64,000 bases of DNA, taken from the NCBI GenBank assembly GCA_964234715.1, contig OZ174289.1; one strand, written 5' to 3'. Numbering within the stretch: the stretch's first letter is position 1; each line of letters opens with the position of its first letter. This DNA is from Podarcis melisellensis. Its lineage: Eukaryota. The position numbers and the translations under genes were made by a program. Below, in pieces: positions 1 through 14,000 of the stretch. The notes below the pieces were generated by a model that saw only the letters and a list, made by a program, of their open reading frames with translations, had not been told where the DNA came from and ran no database searches.

Positions 1-3000
1 AATAGGGTGGAAATAACTGACCACACAAGATTGTTAATGAGGAAAACTGTACAGTCCTTTGCTTATAAAAAGCGCCTTGAGAATCTCTGCTGTAAGGAAA
101 TTGCCTTTCATATCTTGTGATTCCTAAAGTAAACTCTATATGTGGCAAACAATATAAATTGTGTGAATGACCCATATTTCATTGCTCATGTCTTACATAA
201 ACTCCTCTGGATTAGATGAGGTTATAAACAAACCCAGTCTAGAATCACAATTAGTGTAAACTGTGGACTCTACGCTGCTCATAAGGCAGCTGTTTGGGCA
301 TTTGAAAGAAACTGTTGCAAATTCTAGAGTTTACAGATGGAGGAGTTTACAATTCTGAAGATCTGTTACCAGGATGACAGCAATGGTAAATGCTAATCGA
401 CAGTTCATGGGGTTGCAACCTCTTTTTCCCACAGTCACAAAATCTGCTGACAAATCTGATAAATAACCCTACTTCATCATCAGAAAAGCTCCTAAGAGCT
501 TGGGACATCTCCAGGGTCCTTTGATAGTTCCTTCTAGCACTTAGATCTGCCTCTCATCCAGGTGGTGGTGGAGGTGACTATTCCCAAGGATCTCTAGAAG
601 ACAGGTGATGATGATTAAATCAGTTTAAAGCTATAGTGAAGCATGGAGATGGAGAACATGTGGCCCTCTGGATGTTGGTCAGCAACTCCCATTGTCCTTG
701 AGCATTGGCCAGGAGTCCAACAACACCTGGAGGGCCACAGGTTCCACTTCCCTGGTGTAGTGGACTGTGCATTGTTTCCACAGAAATTAATGGTTTAAAC
801 CCTGCAGCAAGGTTGTAAGGGATAGCTTTTATTTATCTATTTAAGAATTTATAAACCGCTTTACATTGGAACAACCAACCAAATATTTTGTATTTCCTTT
901 AAATGGCATGACTCAGAACAGTTTTTATTTGAGTTTAGCAAGACCAGCACACATACTTCACCATTTTGAACTGAAAGAGGATCCAGGACAAATTTGTCTT
1001 GCTTTGAAGGGGATTAATTTTACCCTTGACTTACAAAGGCACTTAAGGGAACAGCTGCTATTTCTCTTTCTTCTTTGAGAGAACTAGGTTATCACACCAC
1101 ACGTTCTGCACAACACCTCCCTCCAAATAATTGGCCACTTCCACATCCAACTTCTTTGAAATTCATTTATTATGAATTCCGAGCTGTAAATAGATAAAAG
1201 TGAACCAGGAGGGAGTTGTGGTTTTCTTTGCTTCTGGTTATGAATCCCCCCTTTTTTTGCATTCAGTTGCATCCTAAATCTCCAAGATGAATGAGACAAC
1301 CAGATAAGGTCTTTGCCAGATATAAGGAATATGAACTAATGACATCCTGCTTTTTGTTTACTCATCTCTGAGCACCAAAGTTAGTAGGACTGCACCAAGA
1401 CAGCATCCTGAGTTGCATGGCTGTGTATCATCTTCTGAACGTACCTAGGCCAGGACTGCATTCAGAAAGCACTCTCTTCTGCTTTCCTGACGTTTACTCT
1501 CCTGATATTTTTATTTTATTTTATGTCACCTTTCACATGACATAAAAAACTGCTTATGAAAAAAACTTGCAGAATCTAAAGGAAACTTAATACTGATTTC
1601 TGTGTTAATTGTTTCCAGAAAATAAATCTGTTTGCAAACCTATTATCCCGGAATATTGTGGGGCAAAATTTGGGGCAGTGTCCTTGCATATACTTTCCCC
1701 CCTGCAGTTTTCATTGGTGAATCATGGGGGAACAGACACACACATTCTCATAGAGGGTGGGAGGGTATGGTGCATGTCCAGTTATGTCTGCTGTTGTAAC
1801 ACACCACAGCCACTGGCATGATTGCAATTTAGTGCAACATGACAGTAAAGCAATCAGGTAATGCAGTGTAAAAAGAACGTCAGAAACTGGGAACAGAAAC
1901 ACAAGCATTGTAACTATTTCTTTACTTACTTACTTACTGCCCTTCATCATAAGATCTCAGTGAGGTTTTTCCTAAAATGGGTATTTTTGGAGGTGGGGTG
2001 TCAAATCCTGCCCAAAACTATCCATTGACCCTGAAAGCTGAAAAGATACTGTCAGTTCTACTTGGAGGGGATTTGTACAAATCCAGGGTTTCCTCAGCCC
2101 ACTGATACTTTCCTGTTGTGCATGGGTGATGCAGCTTCAGCTGCATTAGTATAATAGTGGAAAATAATACATGATTATTTTAAAATAATAATGCTGCTTT
2201 GAAAAGCAGCAAGTGAACTGGTGTATCTTGAACGGGAAAGGGGTTGTTGTTGGGTTTTGTTTTGTTTTTTGGTCCAGAGGGTAAGAATGCTGATTGAGGC
2301 ATTGTACTTTCAGCTTCTGAGAACATATGATTGAGCCCTCCACTAATTAGTCAGCAAATGCCAGAGATGAAATTTAGGGAATTTCTTCCAAAGTATGTTC
2401 ACTGACCTGCCGGTTAATGATGGAGTTATTCAAGCCCAGTTGCTTAACTTTTCAGAGGAGAACTGTTGTGTCATCGCAATGCTCTGGTTCCATTCTCCCC
2501 CCCTCCCTTTCCTTTTCAGGAATCAAAACTTGAGGATAGAGCAATAGGTGAATTAAAACAACAAACAACCGTGCATACAGTTTGACGGCACCTTTCAGCA
2601 TCCTTGCTGGGTTTTCTGGAAACTCTTGTCACACAAATGGGAATAATGATTAAATACTGGGCTTGATCTAAGTTAGTTGAATTTGGGTACCATGGGACAA
2701 GTTAGTCATGATTTAAGTCCCATTGATTTCATGACTTAAGTCATGAAGAGCTTGTTCCAATGATTTCAGCGGGAACCACCTGAAACCGGTTTAGTCTGGA
2801 TCCAGCTCCAGGATGGTCAATTGTGTATTTCCAAAATAAGAGAAAATGTGCCCCCACCACTTCAAACAAAGAGTACAATTTTGCATAAAATTTGTATGTA
2901 CATATGCAAATTTAGAAATAGTCACTGCAGTTTGAACTGAAATACAATACCAAAGTAGGAAAGATTATGACCAGGGGATCTGTTTGCCTACTCCATCTGC

Positions 3001-6000
3001 TATCCAGATACTGTGCATTGCTAGTTTCAAGACTCCTGCTCTCCCTTGTTACAGTTCTTTTAACTTTAGACTACACAGGTCTTCACACAAGAGGAGCTCT
3101 TCACATAGAGAACTGTCCTCTGTAAAGCAGGGCCCATGGCCACCCTATCTAACTCACAGAGACTTTCTGAACCCCACATTGTGATGGGGCTGTTTATTCC
3201 CATCTGTTTCCTTTATGCAGTAGCTATGCATGTAAACTGGGTATTCGGCTGTGAGTTCAGATCTTACCTCAACTCATACCCTTGATGCCTTTCTATAGAA
3301 TGGTGCCAATCAAAACAGCATTTGCAAGAGGGTACCTACTTAGGGAGGAAAGGTGAGGTGAGGATTGTAAAGCACATTACACATTTATTTGTTTAGAGAT
3401 GCTTGTTCAAAGATCAAAAGAGAAGTCTCCAAAGTAAGTAGTTTTGGTTTCTATTCATGCTGTTTATCCTTCCCTCAAAACATAGTCTTTAGTTTAAGTG
3501 TAGATGCTTGGATTAAATCATTAAATTCTCGTTTGGGCATTTGGACCTTTGTCATGACAACTGGAGTGCTATTGTTTAGGATGCCAGCCATCTATGCCCT
3601 ATTACAAGTTATCATTCCAGTATTCCTCTCATTGTTTTTGTCCTGCAACAGTCAGCCAGAATGCTGAATCATTGTTGAACTGTTTTGCCCCCTCCAGGTT
3701 TTCCCCGTTTTCCCCCTACTTATTCAGACTTTGGGGGTTTTATTGGCCCCGACTACTTTACTCTGGAAGGTTGACCATGTCCAAATCTTGCCCTTGGGCT
3801 TTAGGATGTTCCTCATGCCTGACATACAGAATATAGAAACCCGAAAACTGAACTAGAAAAATCTTGGATGAAATTAAGACATTCCTGTCCTCTTTTTCCT
3901 CAGGTCTGATCATGAAATCCTAGATTTTAGGAGCAGCATATTAAGCAACTGTAGTTTTAAAGATGCTTTCTTATAAAGTTACTATTTCATTCATGGATAA
4001 TAAACAAATGTTGAGTAATATTGCTGGAGCTATCCTTTGGCCCTGCAGTATGCTTATTGTTATTGTTACAAGGATTTAAATCTCTTATCTGAAAGTAAAA
4101 TTATTTTGAAAATAGAAAGCACTTCATGTATAATGCAGGTACTGTATATTGACATGTGCATTATACACCCACTTTTGATATTTACTAGTTCATTTCTTTG
4201 TTTTGGCTATTAAGGCATGGATATTACTGGGAAATAAATCAATATGGTTTCTTTGTTTAGATAGTGGCAGAAAAGAAATCATGATGTTAATACGTACAGG
4301 TTGCCTGATTATTTCTCTGTTGGATTTGTTCTCTGCATTAGTTCCCCAGGATTTGAGAAGGAAAAAGACTGTAGCTCAGAGGCAGGGCACCCTCTTTGCA
4401 AGCAGAAGGTCTCCAGATTCAATCCACTCCATCTACCATGGGTGTGTATGTGGGTGTGTGCTAGTAAAATCTCTTGTCTGAAACCCTGGAGAACTACTGC
4501 TTGTATTTGTTGAGTAGCTGTGGAGAACCCTGAAGTCAAAAGGTCATTTCCCTGCTTTTATGGTAATGTTTTCAGGGTAGGATGAGTTATGGACTGGGCA
4601 CTGCTTCCCATCTCTCCTCCTTGTTGTAAGTGAAGGAAAGAAGGTCTAACAAAGCATATTTGGAGAGAGAAAAAATCTCCCTGGCATACATCCACACTAT
4701 ACATTTAAAGCATTATGCCACTTTAAAGAGTCTTTAAAGTGGCTTTCTCAAAAGAAGGGTGTAGTTAGTTAAGGGTGCTCAGAGTTGTTAGGAGACCCCC
4801 TCCCCAATACACAGAGCCACAGTCACCCAAATGGTTAACAATCAATTCTTCTTCCCAGAGAACCCCAGGCATTGCAGTGAGGGGAATAGGGGTCTTCTAA
4901 TAACTCGCAGCACTTTTAACAGTTCCCAGCATTCTTGGGGGCTGACCTGGCTCTTAAACCGTAGTTTAAGTAGTTATTTATGTGTATAGTGCATATGTTG
5001 CCTATGTGAGGGTGTAAATACTTTACCTTCCGCTGTATAAATTTATATGTGTACATATGTACATATAATCTCATGCAACCCCCACCCCCCGGGGCGGGAA
5101 GCACTTGGATCAAAGTATCAGTAAGGCCAGACACTCTGAAAGCAGTCAAGTGAATAATAACCTCTAAACTATCTTGTGGCTTTTTATTTTCTAGTAAATC
5201 AGATAGAACGGGTGGAAACATTTCCAAGTATTTTGTGTTCGTGAGTTGTCTATCATGTCAGTCTATTAGCTGGCTAAAAAGTGAGGGACAAAAAACGGTC
5301 AAATCCCCATTTTGAAAGATGTGAGTGCCTCAGACTTTGAAATTAACGACTCACAAGTAGCTTTCCCTGCTTAACTTCCTATTTTTGAAAGAAACAACAC
5401 AGCCACACACACAACCACAGTCTTTTAATATACCCTGACGTATATTGTCACCAAAACTGGATGATGATCAAAGTGAAAACCTTTTATGTGGTAAAATTCA
5501 AAGCAGAAGACTGCGGTAGTGATTATACCAGCGTGAAGCTTTATACTGTAAAACGTTCTCAAAGTAAAATCACGAGGAATGCAGGAACGTAGTGCATCGT
5601 GTGGAGAAAGAGGTTAGAGATATTTTCTCTCTCTCTCCCTTTTTCTCATAACACTAGCACTTCTGGACCTTTAACAAAGCTGAAAAGGTTCAGTCCAGAC
5701 AAAACCAAGTATTTCTTTATGCAGTACATAGCTAGATGTATGGATTTAGCTGTCGCTGGATGGCCATCAGCTGTAAAAGACAATTACAATCCATTGAGGA
5801 TCAGACTTTTGACGGCTCCTATCCACTATAAATTTGCTCTTCCTCCACTGTTGAAGGTAATGTGCCTCTGAATATCAGTTGCTGGGAGGAGTCAGAAGTG
5901 GGGACAATTGCTGTTGTACTCAGGCCTGCTTTCAGGATTCCCAGAGGCATCTGGGTCACCCTTGTGGAAATCAAGATTCTGGACCAAATGAGCCTCTGGC

Positions 6001-7694
6001 CTGATTCCACAAGGCTCCTCCTATGCCCCTAACAAGAGTTTGTTTCTGCCCAGTTCAGCTGTGATTGTCAATTTAAAGAGCAAGCTGGTTACAAAGTGTG
6101 GGGGTGGGGGAGGATCTCAGGGGCTGATGCAGTTTTGGGGGTCCCTCAGGCTTGGGGGATGCTTAGGCATTTCCCTGCATGGGCTCACCTCCTGTCACTG
6201 CAGTCTGTTCACTTGTCCAATCTCTATTAGCTCTTGAATGCTCAGAGAGGACTGGTAAGCTAGTAGTAATGGTGCAAAGGAGAACAGCAGGACCAGGGAG
6301 CTCTGGGGGTTGCAGTGCTCCCCCATGGGGGCCTCAACAGCTGCCCAACAATGCCTGCCGTGACGCCAGCCCTGGGAATGCTCTCAATCAATATATTTAA
6401 AATAGATTTTTACCATATCCGGGTCATAAAAGTCTCTCATTCTGTTCCGTGCCACTGTACAGATCAGCTCTGTCATCTCTGACAATATTGATCATCCACT
6501 CAGAAAGGGAGTAGTTCAGCTTCCCTCCTCCAGTCCTCCCTCAGCCTGACATGATCAGCACCGTCAGAGAGCTGCTGTTATTGATCAGTGATCTGTGCAT
6601 ATTGCAGGTGCACTACAGCTGAGACCCATCCCTCGGTGATTCAAGATACAAGGGGCCTTCCCTCAATTGCAGGCTGCTTGGAAAAATCATTGTGCAAATC
6701 CTTGTTTCTGTGCATGGATCCCTGTTCCTGGACCAGGGCCAAATAATAGTAGGCAACAATTACTTTACACTATGGGAGGCTCCAAAAGCATCTCAACCTT
6801 TGCTTAATCTTCTCTCAGATGGAGGAGCTAGAGTCATTTAAGATACTTACATTCAAATTTACTAAACATATAACTAAATGAGTTGTCTCACTTTCTTATA
6901 ACAGGCGAAATCTAGCCACATATTAAAACTGCTTTGAAAATGCTTTTTTAAAAAATGTTTTTAAAAATGCTTTGAATTTTCCATAAGGCTCACCATCACT
7001 ATCTAGTGTCACATTGTATATTGTACTTAAGACACACATAAAACATTTTTTTTTGCAGCTGTATAGCTGAGTCTGCTGTCTTTCCCCCAAGTTAATCTTC
7101 AAAATCATCCAAGTTAGGCTACAAGATTCATTCATGGCCCTTGGTGTGTCTTTGGATCTGTGGCTGAAGACAGGAAATAGCACATCCATTATTAAGTATT
7201 CATATTGATTTTAACTGTATTTGTGTTGATTCATTTATTTCTTGTGTTGTTTGTGTTGTATTGCAATTTGAATTCCATAAGAAATTAAAGAAACAACAAA
7301 ATACATTTAAAAATCATGCAGCATCAAGCACAGCACATTACAATTGCTACAACAGGCACAAAAATCATTAAGTGGTCTGTCAAGACCCCCAGCAATTTTC
7401 AATTTTGCTGGGGAATCTCTGCTTTAAGCGAAACCTATAAGCACCATTAAAACAACTACAGGTTGGTCTCCCCAAATCTGTTCACTTTTAAAACCCTTTT
7501 CTCCTATTGCCAGCTGGTCATTTTGTTTTCCAACCACAGGTGTTGAAAACTGCAGCCCATTTCCTTTTGATGGTTGTGGTTAGTTGCACACAACAAGTAT
7601 CTTATTGTGGGTTTGGTGTATTTTTTTTAAACAAAGACCTGCTGTATTGCCATTCACTTTACAAAAACAAAAATAAAATTGTAGAACAAGAAAA

Positions 7695-7696
<2 letters not shown>

Positions 7697-7729
<33 letters not shown>

Positions 7730-7792
7730 AAAAAAATTAAGAGGACTTAATTGTTCTTATCTGAATTCATATCCTGTTTAGGATGCTGTGTA

Positions 7793-7840
<48 letters not shown>
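7697..7840. repeat. (GT)n tract followed by a compound (GT)n(GA)n microsatellite
   Basis: Direct reading. Confidence 0.95.
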
Positions 7841-7845
<5 letters not shown>

Positions 7846-8332
7846 CAACAAAATAATTACTGGAGCATTGGGTGATATCCAGCTGAGTCATAGGTAGAAC
7901 AGACCCATTGGGTATATTCTGAGCATGACTAATGTTGGATATCGTCCATTGTTTCTCTCCCCCACCCCCTTTGATAGTATCCAGAAACAAAGATTCTTGG
8001 ATGGAAAGTTCAATAACAGAAGTAACTGTTCACGGCCAAAGTGATGTCCACAGTAAAATTAGCTTCAGACATCCATTTTGAGAGTGTGTGGTTGCCCTCT
8101 CTTTTGCTGCTTGTTCTTTATTCTTTATTTCTAGGAACATTAAGCATTGGCCCATCTAGCCCAGTATTGTCAGCACTTCCTGGCAGTGGCTGTCCAGAGT
8201 TTGAGACAGGAATCTTTCCCAGCTGTGGCTGGAGAGATCTTCCTACAACCTTCTCCAGTGTTCAGTTCTGATAAGTACAAAATCCAGTAATGCTTTGTGC
8301 TTGCTTTGTTTAAACAAATAGGCTATGATGTC

Positions 8333-8335
<3 letters not shown>

Positions 8336-8385
<50 letters not shown>
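8336..8385. repeat. (TA)n microsatellite
   Basis: Direct reading. Confidence 0.95.
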
Positions 8386-8388
<3 letters not shown>

Positions 8389-9410
8389 CATTTTCTGCAG
8401 TCATCATTGTGTCCAGAAGGGAACTCTTTTCAGAGTTTCTGTAGCAACGTAATGCAGCCTATGCAGATGTAGAGAAAGAAGAAAAGTGGAGAGTTAGCTT
8501 ATCAGAAATGAATCTGAGTGAGACAGCAATTTTAAGAGTAAATTATTTGGAAGTATTGGCTTCTGAAGGAGGAGTTCCGAGGAAGCAACAACACCCCCCC
8601 CCTTTCAGCATCATTTTATCAATTGTTACAGCAAAAGCACTTCCATGGAAGTCTGTACTAACGGTTCCAAGAAGTGCTTGTTGACGTGCCTGCATCCTGA
8701 GGCAAGGGCTGTTGGGAGGGTCCAAGGCAACGGGCCTATCACATCTCAGCTGGAGTCACTTTGAACAGAGTTCAAAGAATTTCAAATTCTTTCCCTTCAG
8801 TCCTTTGCGTGTAAGACAAATTCAAGAGGCAAAGGTCTTTCTCAGATGTGGAAGTGTGAAAGAAAGCTTTTCCTATTGAATTTCTGCCTCCCTCAAGTAA
8901 AGCCTATCAGATATAACAGTGGCAAATTTAGGGAGGAGCTGAGAACTGATATATATTGTATTACACAACCCTGTGAAAAACTAAAAAGAACACCCACAAA
9001 ACCTAGATAAATATACTTTAAAATATTCTGCAGTAAGCTTCAGAATAGCAAGTTTCTTAGCAGAAAGCTATTACATACCAAAACTCTCCACAGACCTATG
9101 TATCTTTTTTTGCTTTAAAAAAGAAACAGCTTATTGGGGCTTTATTCCAGATACTTATGCTCTGTAATTAATGAGAGGGTTTGTTTTAACTCTTAGCATT
9201 CTGTTCTGTTCTATTCTATATTTTATTTATTTATGCCGGATAGCAAATTTACAGAAAGCAACAGGAGGGATTTTTCAAAGTAGCTGAATGTTGTTTCTAT
9301 GTATGAATGTGTGGATAAATGTTCTCTTGGCAAGTCCTTGTGTGAGTAAGCAGAAATAAATATTTCTTTTTTTATTTCTATATCACATATGATACTGAAA
9401 GGCTCCAAAC

Positions 9411-9545
9411 ATGGGGTGAGGAACCTTTGGTCTGCCAGATGTTGTTAAACCCCAATATCTATCAGCCCCGGCCAGCGTGGTCATTGGCCAAAGACGATGG
9501 GAGTTGTATTCCAGAAAGATCTGGAGGGCAAAAGATTTCCCATCT
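9411..9545. mobile_element. Representative of an abundant ~130-bp palindromic MITE (ggactacaactcccatc...gatgggagttgtagtcc); other copies near 645, 12720, 20555, 21946, 35610, 36086, 38030, 39350, 43670, 53165, 58520, 59797, 60140, 62047, 62370
   Basis: Recurrent self-complementary motif pair with hAT-like ends. Confidence 0.7.
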
Positions 9546-10761
9546 GTAGTCAAAATAATTGACTATACGGGTAAAACATGTACAGTAATACTTAGGTCTC
9601 GCTCAGTGTCCAGGCTATGAAAATTGTTACAGCATTTCCACAACAGATAGAACATTGAAATCACATCATTTTCCATATTTGAAAATGATGTGATTAATAC
9701 AAATTTTGAAAATGGGACATTTTTGCCTCTTACCACAGTGTTTTGTTTTAATTGTTCCATTAAGAAATGTTATAAACCACTTACTCAAATAATCCCTAAG
9801 TACATAGAATAATCCTAACAATTAATACTATATAAGTAAGGGCTTATATCTGAAGTAGCACCATGTTTCTTGTTAATGCAAGGATTTAGCCTTGGGTTAG
9901 AATAATAGCACACGCAGAGCATATTAGTCTTCTTTTGTTTTTTAAAGCAGGTTACAAACATTGGTGCCTCTTGCATATTATTAACTCCAGTTTGGTCCAA
10001 GAGGAGCAGGATGAAAGGAAAAATATTCCTGGTTATGGAATCTGAGGCTTGGGGGGGTAGGGGGGTGTTGATTATTGACCAGATACACTGACCACACTAT
10101 ATTGCATGTTTTACATAGTACAGCCATGTTCCTTGTACCTGATATTATTGTGGGATTTTTCTCTTCCTCGTATCATTAATGCAATGAGGGGTATTTTCTT
10201 TTCTTTTTTTAAACAACTAGCTATGTCAAGCTTGTTATTTCCTTGACCCTCAAGACCAGCTTGCTGTTGTTTGTTGATGTGATTTCTATAGTTACACTGG
10301 CAGAAATATGCTGCCTTTCTCATTTGGGCCCCTCAATTCCAGAAATAGCTAGATAGAGCAAAGTGTTAATAGCTGGCGACTCTAGACATGAGTCATAACC
10401 AAGGTGGCTGTGATAGCAGTGGAAAGATGGCATTGATAAGGCTCCAGAGTGTATCTTTAATCTTTAGATGTCAGTTACCTAAACTCCTTGTTAGGTACTG
10501 GGAGATATCTGTGTCTTGGAGGAGACAGAGGCACAGGTATGGTAAGACAAGGACTCACATGACACCAGTAGGAGGATCAGGTAAGCTGAGGTGGGTGGGA
10601 GAAAGCAGAATCTATACCAGAGGTGGAGGTATGAAGATAAGCCTCTGACCTGCTCTGAAAATATTCTAGCCTGCTTTCTCCAGATTTTTACCTCTTAAGT
10701 CACTTTACGCTTGAATGTGTCTACAATTGCTAAATGTATGGCTGGTTTTGCAGAAAAGCCA

Positions 10762-11085
10762 GGGGGCCATATGCACTATACATTTTAAGCACAATTATAT
10801 GACTTGAAACAGTTGTGACTTGCCCAGAGAGTTTGAGGAACCATAGTTTGTTGAGGGCGATTAGAGTTGTTAAGAGACCACCCTCACAGAGCTACAATTT
10901 CCAGAATGGTTTAGCAGTGAGTCTTGTCTTCCCAGAGAGCTGTGGGAATTGTAGCTCTGTGAGGGGAATAGGGGTCTTTCAACACCCTTAACAAACTACA
11001 GCTCAGGACTCTTAAATCTTAGATTAACACCATGGCCATTTAAAGTTGTATAATGCTGCTTTAGGTATATAATGCATATGGGGCT
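10762..11085. mobile_element. Representative of a ~300-bp palindromic MITE (cactatacatttaaagca...ctcacagagctacaatt...); other copies near 4685, 17730, 43890, 44405, 46165
   Basis: Recurrent, internally inverted sequence; superfamily not determined. Confidence 0.65.
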
Positions 11086-14000
11086 CAGATTTGAACCGCA
11101 ATAAAATGACTGTGGATAAACAACAGCTCTGCGGACTTTCCCTCAACTATAAGTGGCCTTCTGGACCAATTTCAAAATGGCAACAGCTTATGAAGGAGCT
11201 AGGAGGTCACTGTGGACCTGTGATTAACATGCATACAATTTGACTTTACCTCAAAGATCCTTTTTTTGCCAATCGTTCAGTGAAATAAGTACACCCCCCC
11301 CCCAGCAAGCCGCCGTCTGAAAGTGGATGACAGATTTCAGTCTGCCACAGCTGCCTATTTGGAAAGCATGCTGGCCTTGGACAGGGGAATTTTTTTTGTG
11401 AGGATTAGGCTTTGAAGCTTTTCTTTTAAGAAGCAAATTGTTGCTCAGAAATCTGAGGTTTTAATCCAGGGGACTTGTATGCATCTTTTGTTGTGGAATG
11501 TCTGCAGGTAGAGAGGGTCTAGATTAGAATGCTGTGAGAATTGTCTATGATAGGACAAATAATTGTGAGAACTCCAAAACGATGATTGCTTTCTGTTTTG
11601 AAAAGAATAGCACATGTGCGAGACCAAAAGACACTGTGTGTTTCTCGCTGGTTGCAGCTAGACTTGCGACACATAATTGCAAAAGGTCGTGTTGTCCATA
11701 GATTGCTGGTAGATAGCAGTTGCAGAGAAGCTTAGTCATCATCACATTGGTGTCATCAAAGGCCAACTAAATCAGAATCGTTCACCACTGTTTGGAGTAA
11801 CTTGGTTTCTTATATAATGGTGAATAATACAATGAAACCCCTCCCAAAGTACATTTCAGTTTGAAAAAAAATATTAATAGCAGGTAAGGTCGCAAATAGA
11901 AATTATGAAGATCAGGGTTAATGTATGGTCTTGTGGGCAGCAGCATTGCAATTTGCAAATCTTGGTTCACAAAAGGGGACTGAAAAAAGGCCTGTTGACT
12001 GAAACAAGAGAGAGAGAAAAGTAAAGAGAAATATGATGATATTTTGTTGCTGAGCTGTTTCTTCATGGTTCCTGATTGTTAGTATTTCTAAACAATTTTT
12101 TTTTGGGGGGGGGGAATAAAATATTGGTGTTTATTTATTTATTTTAGTTGTTATAGAAGTACTTTACCACCATATCCAAAAGTACCAGGGCAGTGCACAC
12201 TGCTAAAACATAACTTAAAAAAAAAAGGTTTGCAAATGCTACAAACAAAATATCCAACTTAAAATACTCAAACAGACAAGAGGAGGAAAAAAAACAAGAT
12301 AATAAAATAACCATATTATTTTTTAAGGGTTTAAAAAGAATGAATAGCGTAAAATATATTCCATGGTGTACAAAACATATCAAGTAATCACAAATGTTGC
12401 CAAATAAAATCATATTTAGTAGGAATGTGCCAACCATGTGATTGGTTTGGTCATATAAATCACAAACAACCCCCAAACTCAAGCAAAGTTGGAGGGGTCT
12501 GCATTGCCCTGGTCTCTGGTATCTTATAAGTCAGTTTTCAAAAATGGCAAAAAAATGACTTTTTAAAATCCACAGAATAACAAGATACATCATTCTGTCC
12601 TTGAGAAATAACTAAATAAGAGGCAGCTAGCACATAGAGAATTAATTGTTGGCAAACAATTGCATCTGACTGGGCCCACTTCTCTATGCCCCCTTCATTA
12701 CTGCCCATTTCTTTCTCTAGGCCAAACTGGTGCCCTTCAAATATTTTGGACTACAGTTTCCATCAGTATAGCCAATTGTCAAGGATGCTGGGAGTTGTAC
12801 TCTAACAAAATTGGGGGACCCCAGGTTGGAGAAGACAGATATAAACCATACTGAACTTAGATGGGCCTAAGATATATGGCCTCTTCAGTGACTGTGAGTT
12901 GTCATCAATATGAGTTAATCTGAATCAGGATATTGGCAATTTGTAGTACGGCTCAAATAATAATTTAAAAAAGCCTGCCCAAACACTTTAGTTAAAAAGT
13001 CACCTTGATCCTGAAGGAGAATTTCTTTTGTCGAAATGGAGCAGCTTCAATCTAGAGTTGTAGGTGAGCATTTAGCTGCATAATTTGTAATGTTCTTTTT
13101 AAAGAACTGAAACCTGCGCTAGCAGGCTCTGTTAAATGCCACTAACTGCTTTAAAGGTTAATGATCCAAATACTCTCTTGAGTTGTGCTCTTTACTCAGA
13201 ATACCTCTTTGTTTACTTCCTTTTTTCTGTTGATTTAGTTATACAAAACGAGCACTTGATTTACTATTACTTGTTTATAAAGTCTGTTCCTCTCTGAGGG
13301 CGGCTGCTGTGCTGGTTGCGTTGGTGTTGCTGTTTACCTCTGATGTTACAAAGAACACTAGTGTAGCACCCTGTATTATTCAGTGAAGGAATCCTCTGTT
13401 TTATGGGTGGCACTGAAAATGGGCCTGCTGCATTGATATGGTGGTGTTGTGGTGAAATCACCATGAGTTGGCTGTTTGGGTGTGGTGTTCCGTCTTGTGA
13501 GGACTTCTGCCTGTTTCTGACACATGTCAAGTTCAGGGTTAAAAACCTCCTGGAAAATCTTTTTGAGCTGTGAGCTGAGACTACACAGGGTTGTGAGTCA
13601 TTATTTAACCTTCATGGGATCAATCATCATGTACAGTCACCCGTTATTTAGCACCCAGGGCCTTGAGCTCTGTGGGGAAGCCCCGCTGGTGGTTCTGACA
13701 TTTACAGAATGCTGTGGGGAACATGAGGCCCACTGGCCCTGCTTTGCACTGCAAACCAATGGCAAAACGTGGTTTCATTTCATTTATAGAGGTGCACACT
13801 CTGAAAGGGTGCAGAAGTGCCCTATGGCAGATAAACTTGGAATACCTCAAGCAACAGTGTGTGACTGTGTGTAAGTAAAAGTGACTTTGGGGAGAGGTAA
13901 GAAAGGATAATACAGAACAGTCCTTTTGGTTCATTCATAGAATTCTAATATGTCATAATAACAAACTCTTTTGAAAATAGCCTGCTCAGCTAGATTGGAT

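Noticed and set aside
2728-2747. Perfect 20-bp palindrome ttcatgacttaagtcatgaa
   Set aside because: Lies in a decayed palindromic repeat remnant; no independent evidence of function.
5460-5600. atgatga C-box-like motif suggesting an intronic C/D snoRNA
   Set aside because: No suitably placed CTGA D box or terminal stem.
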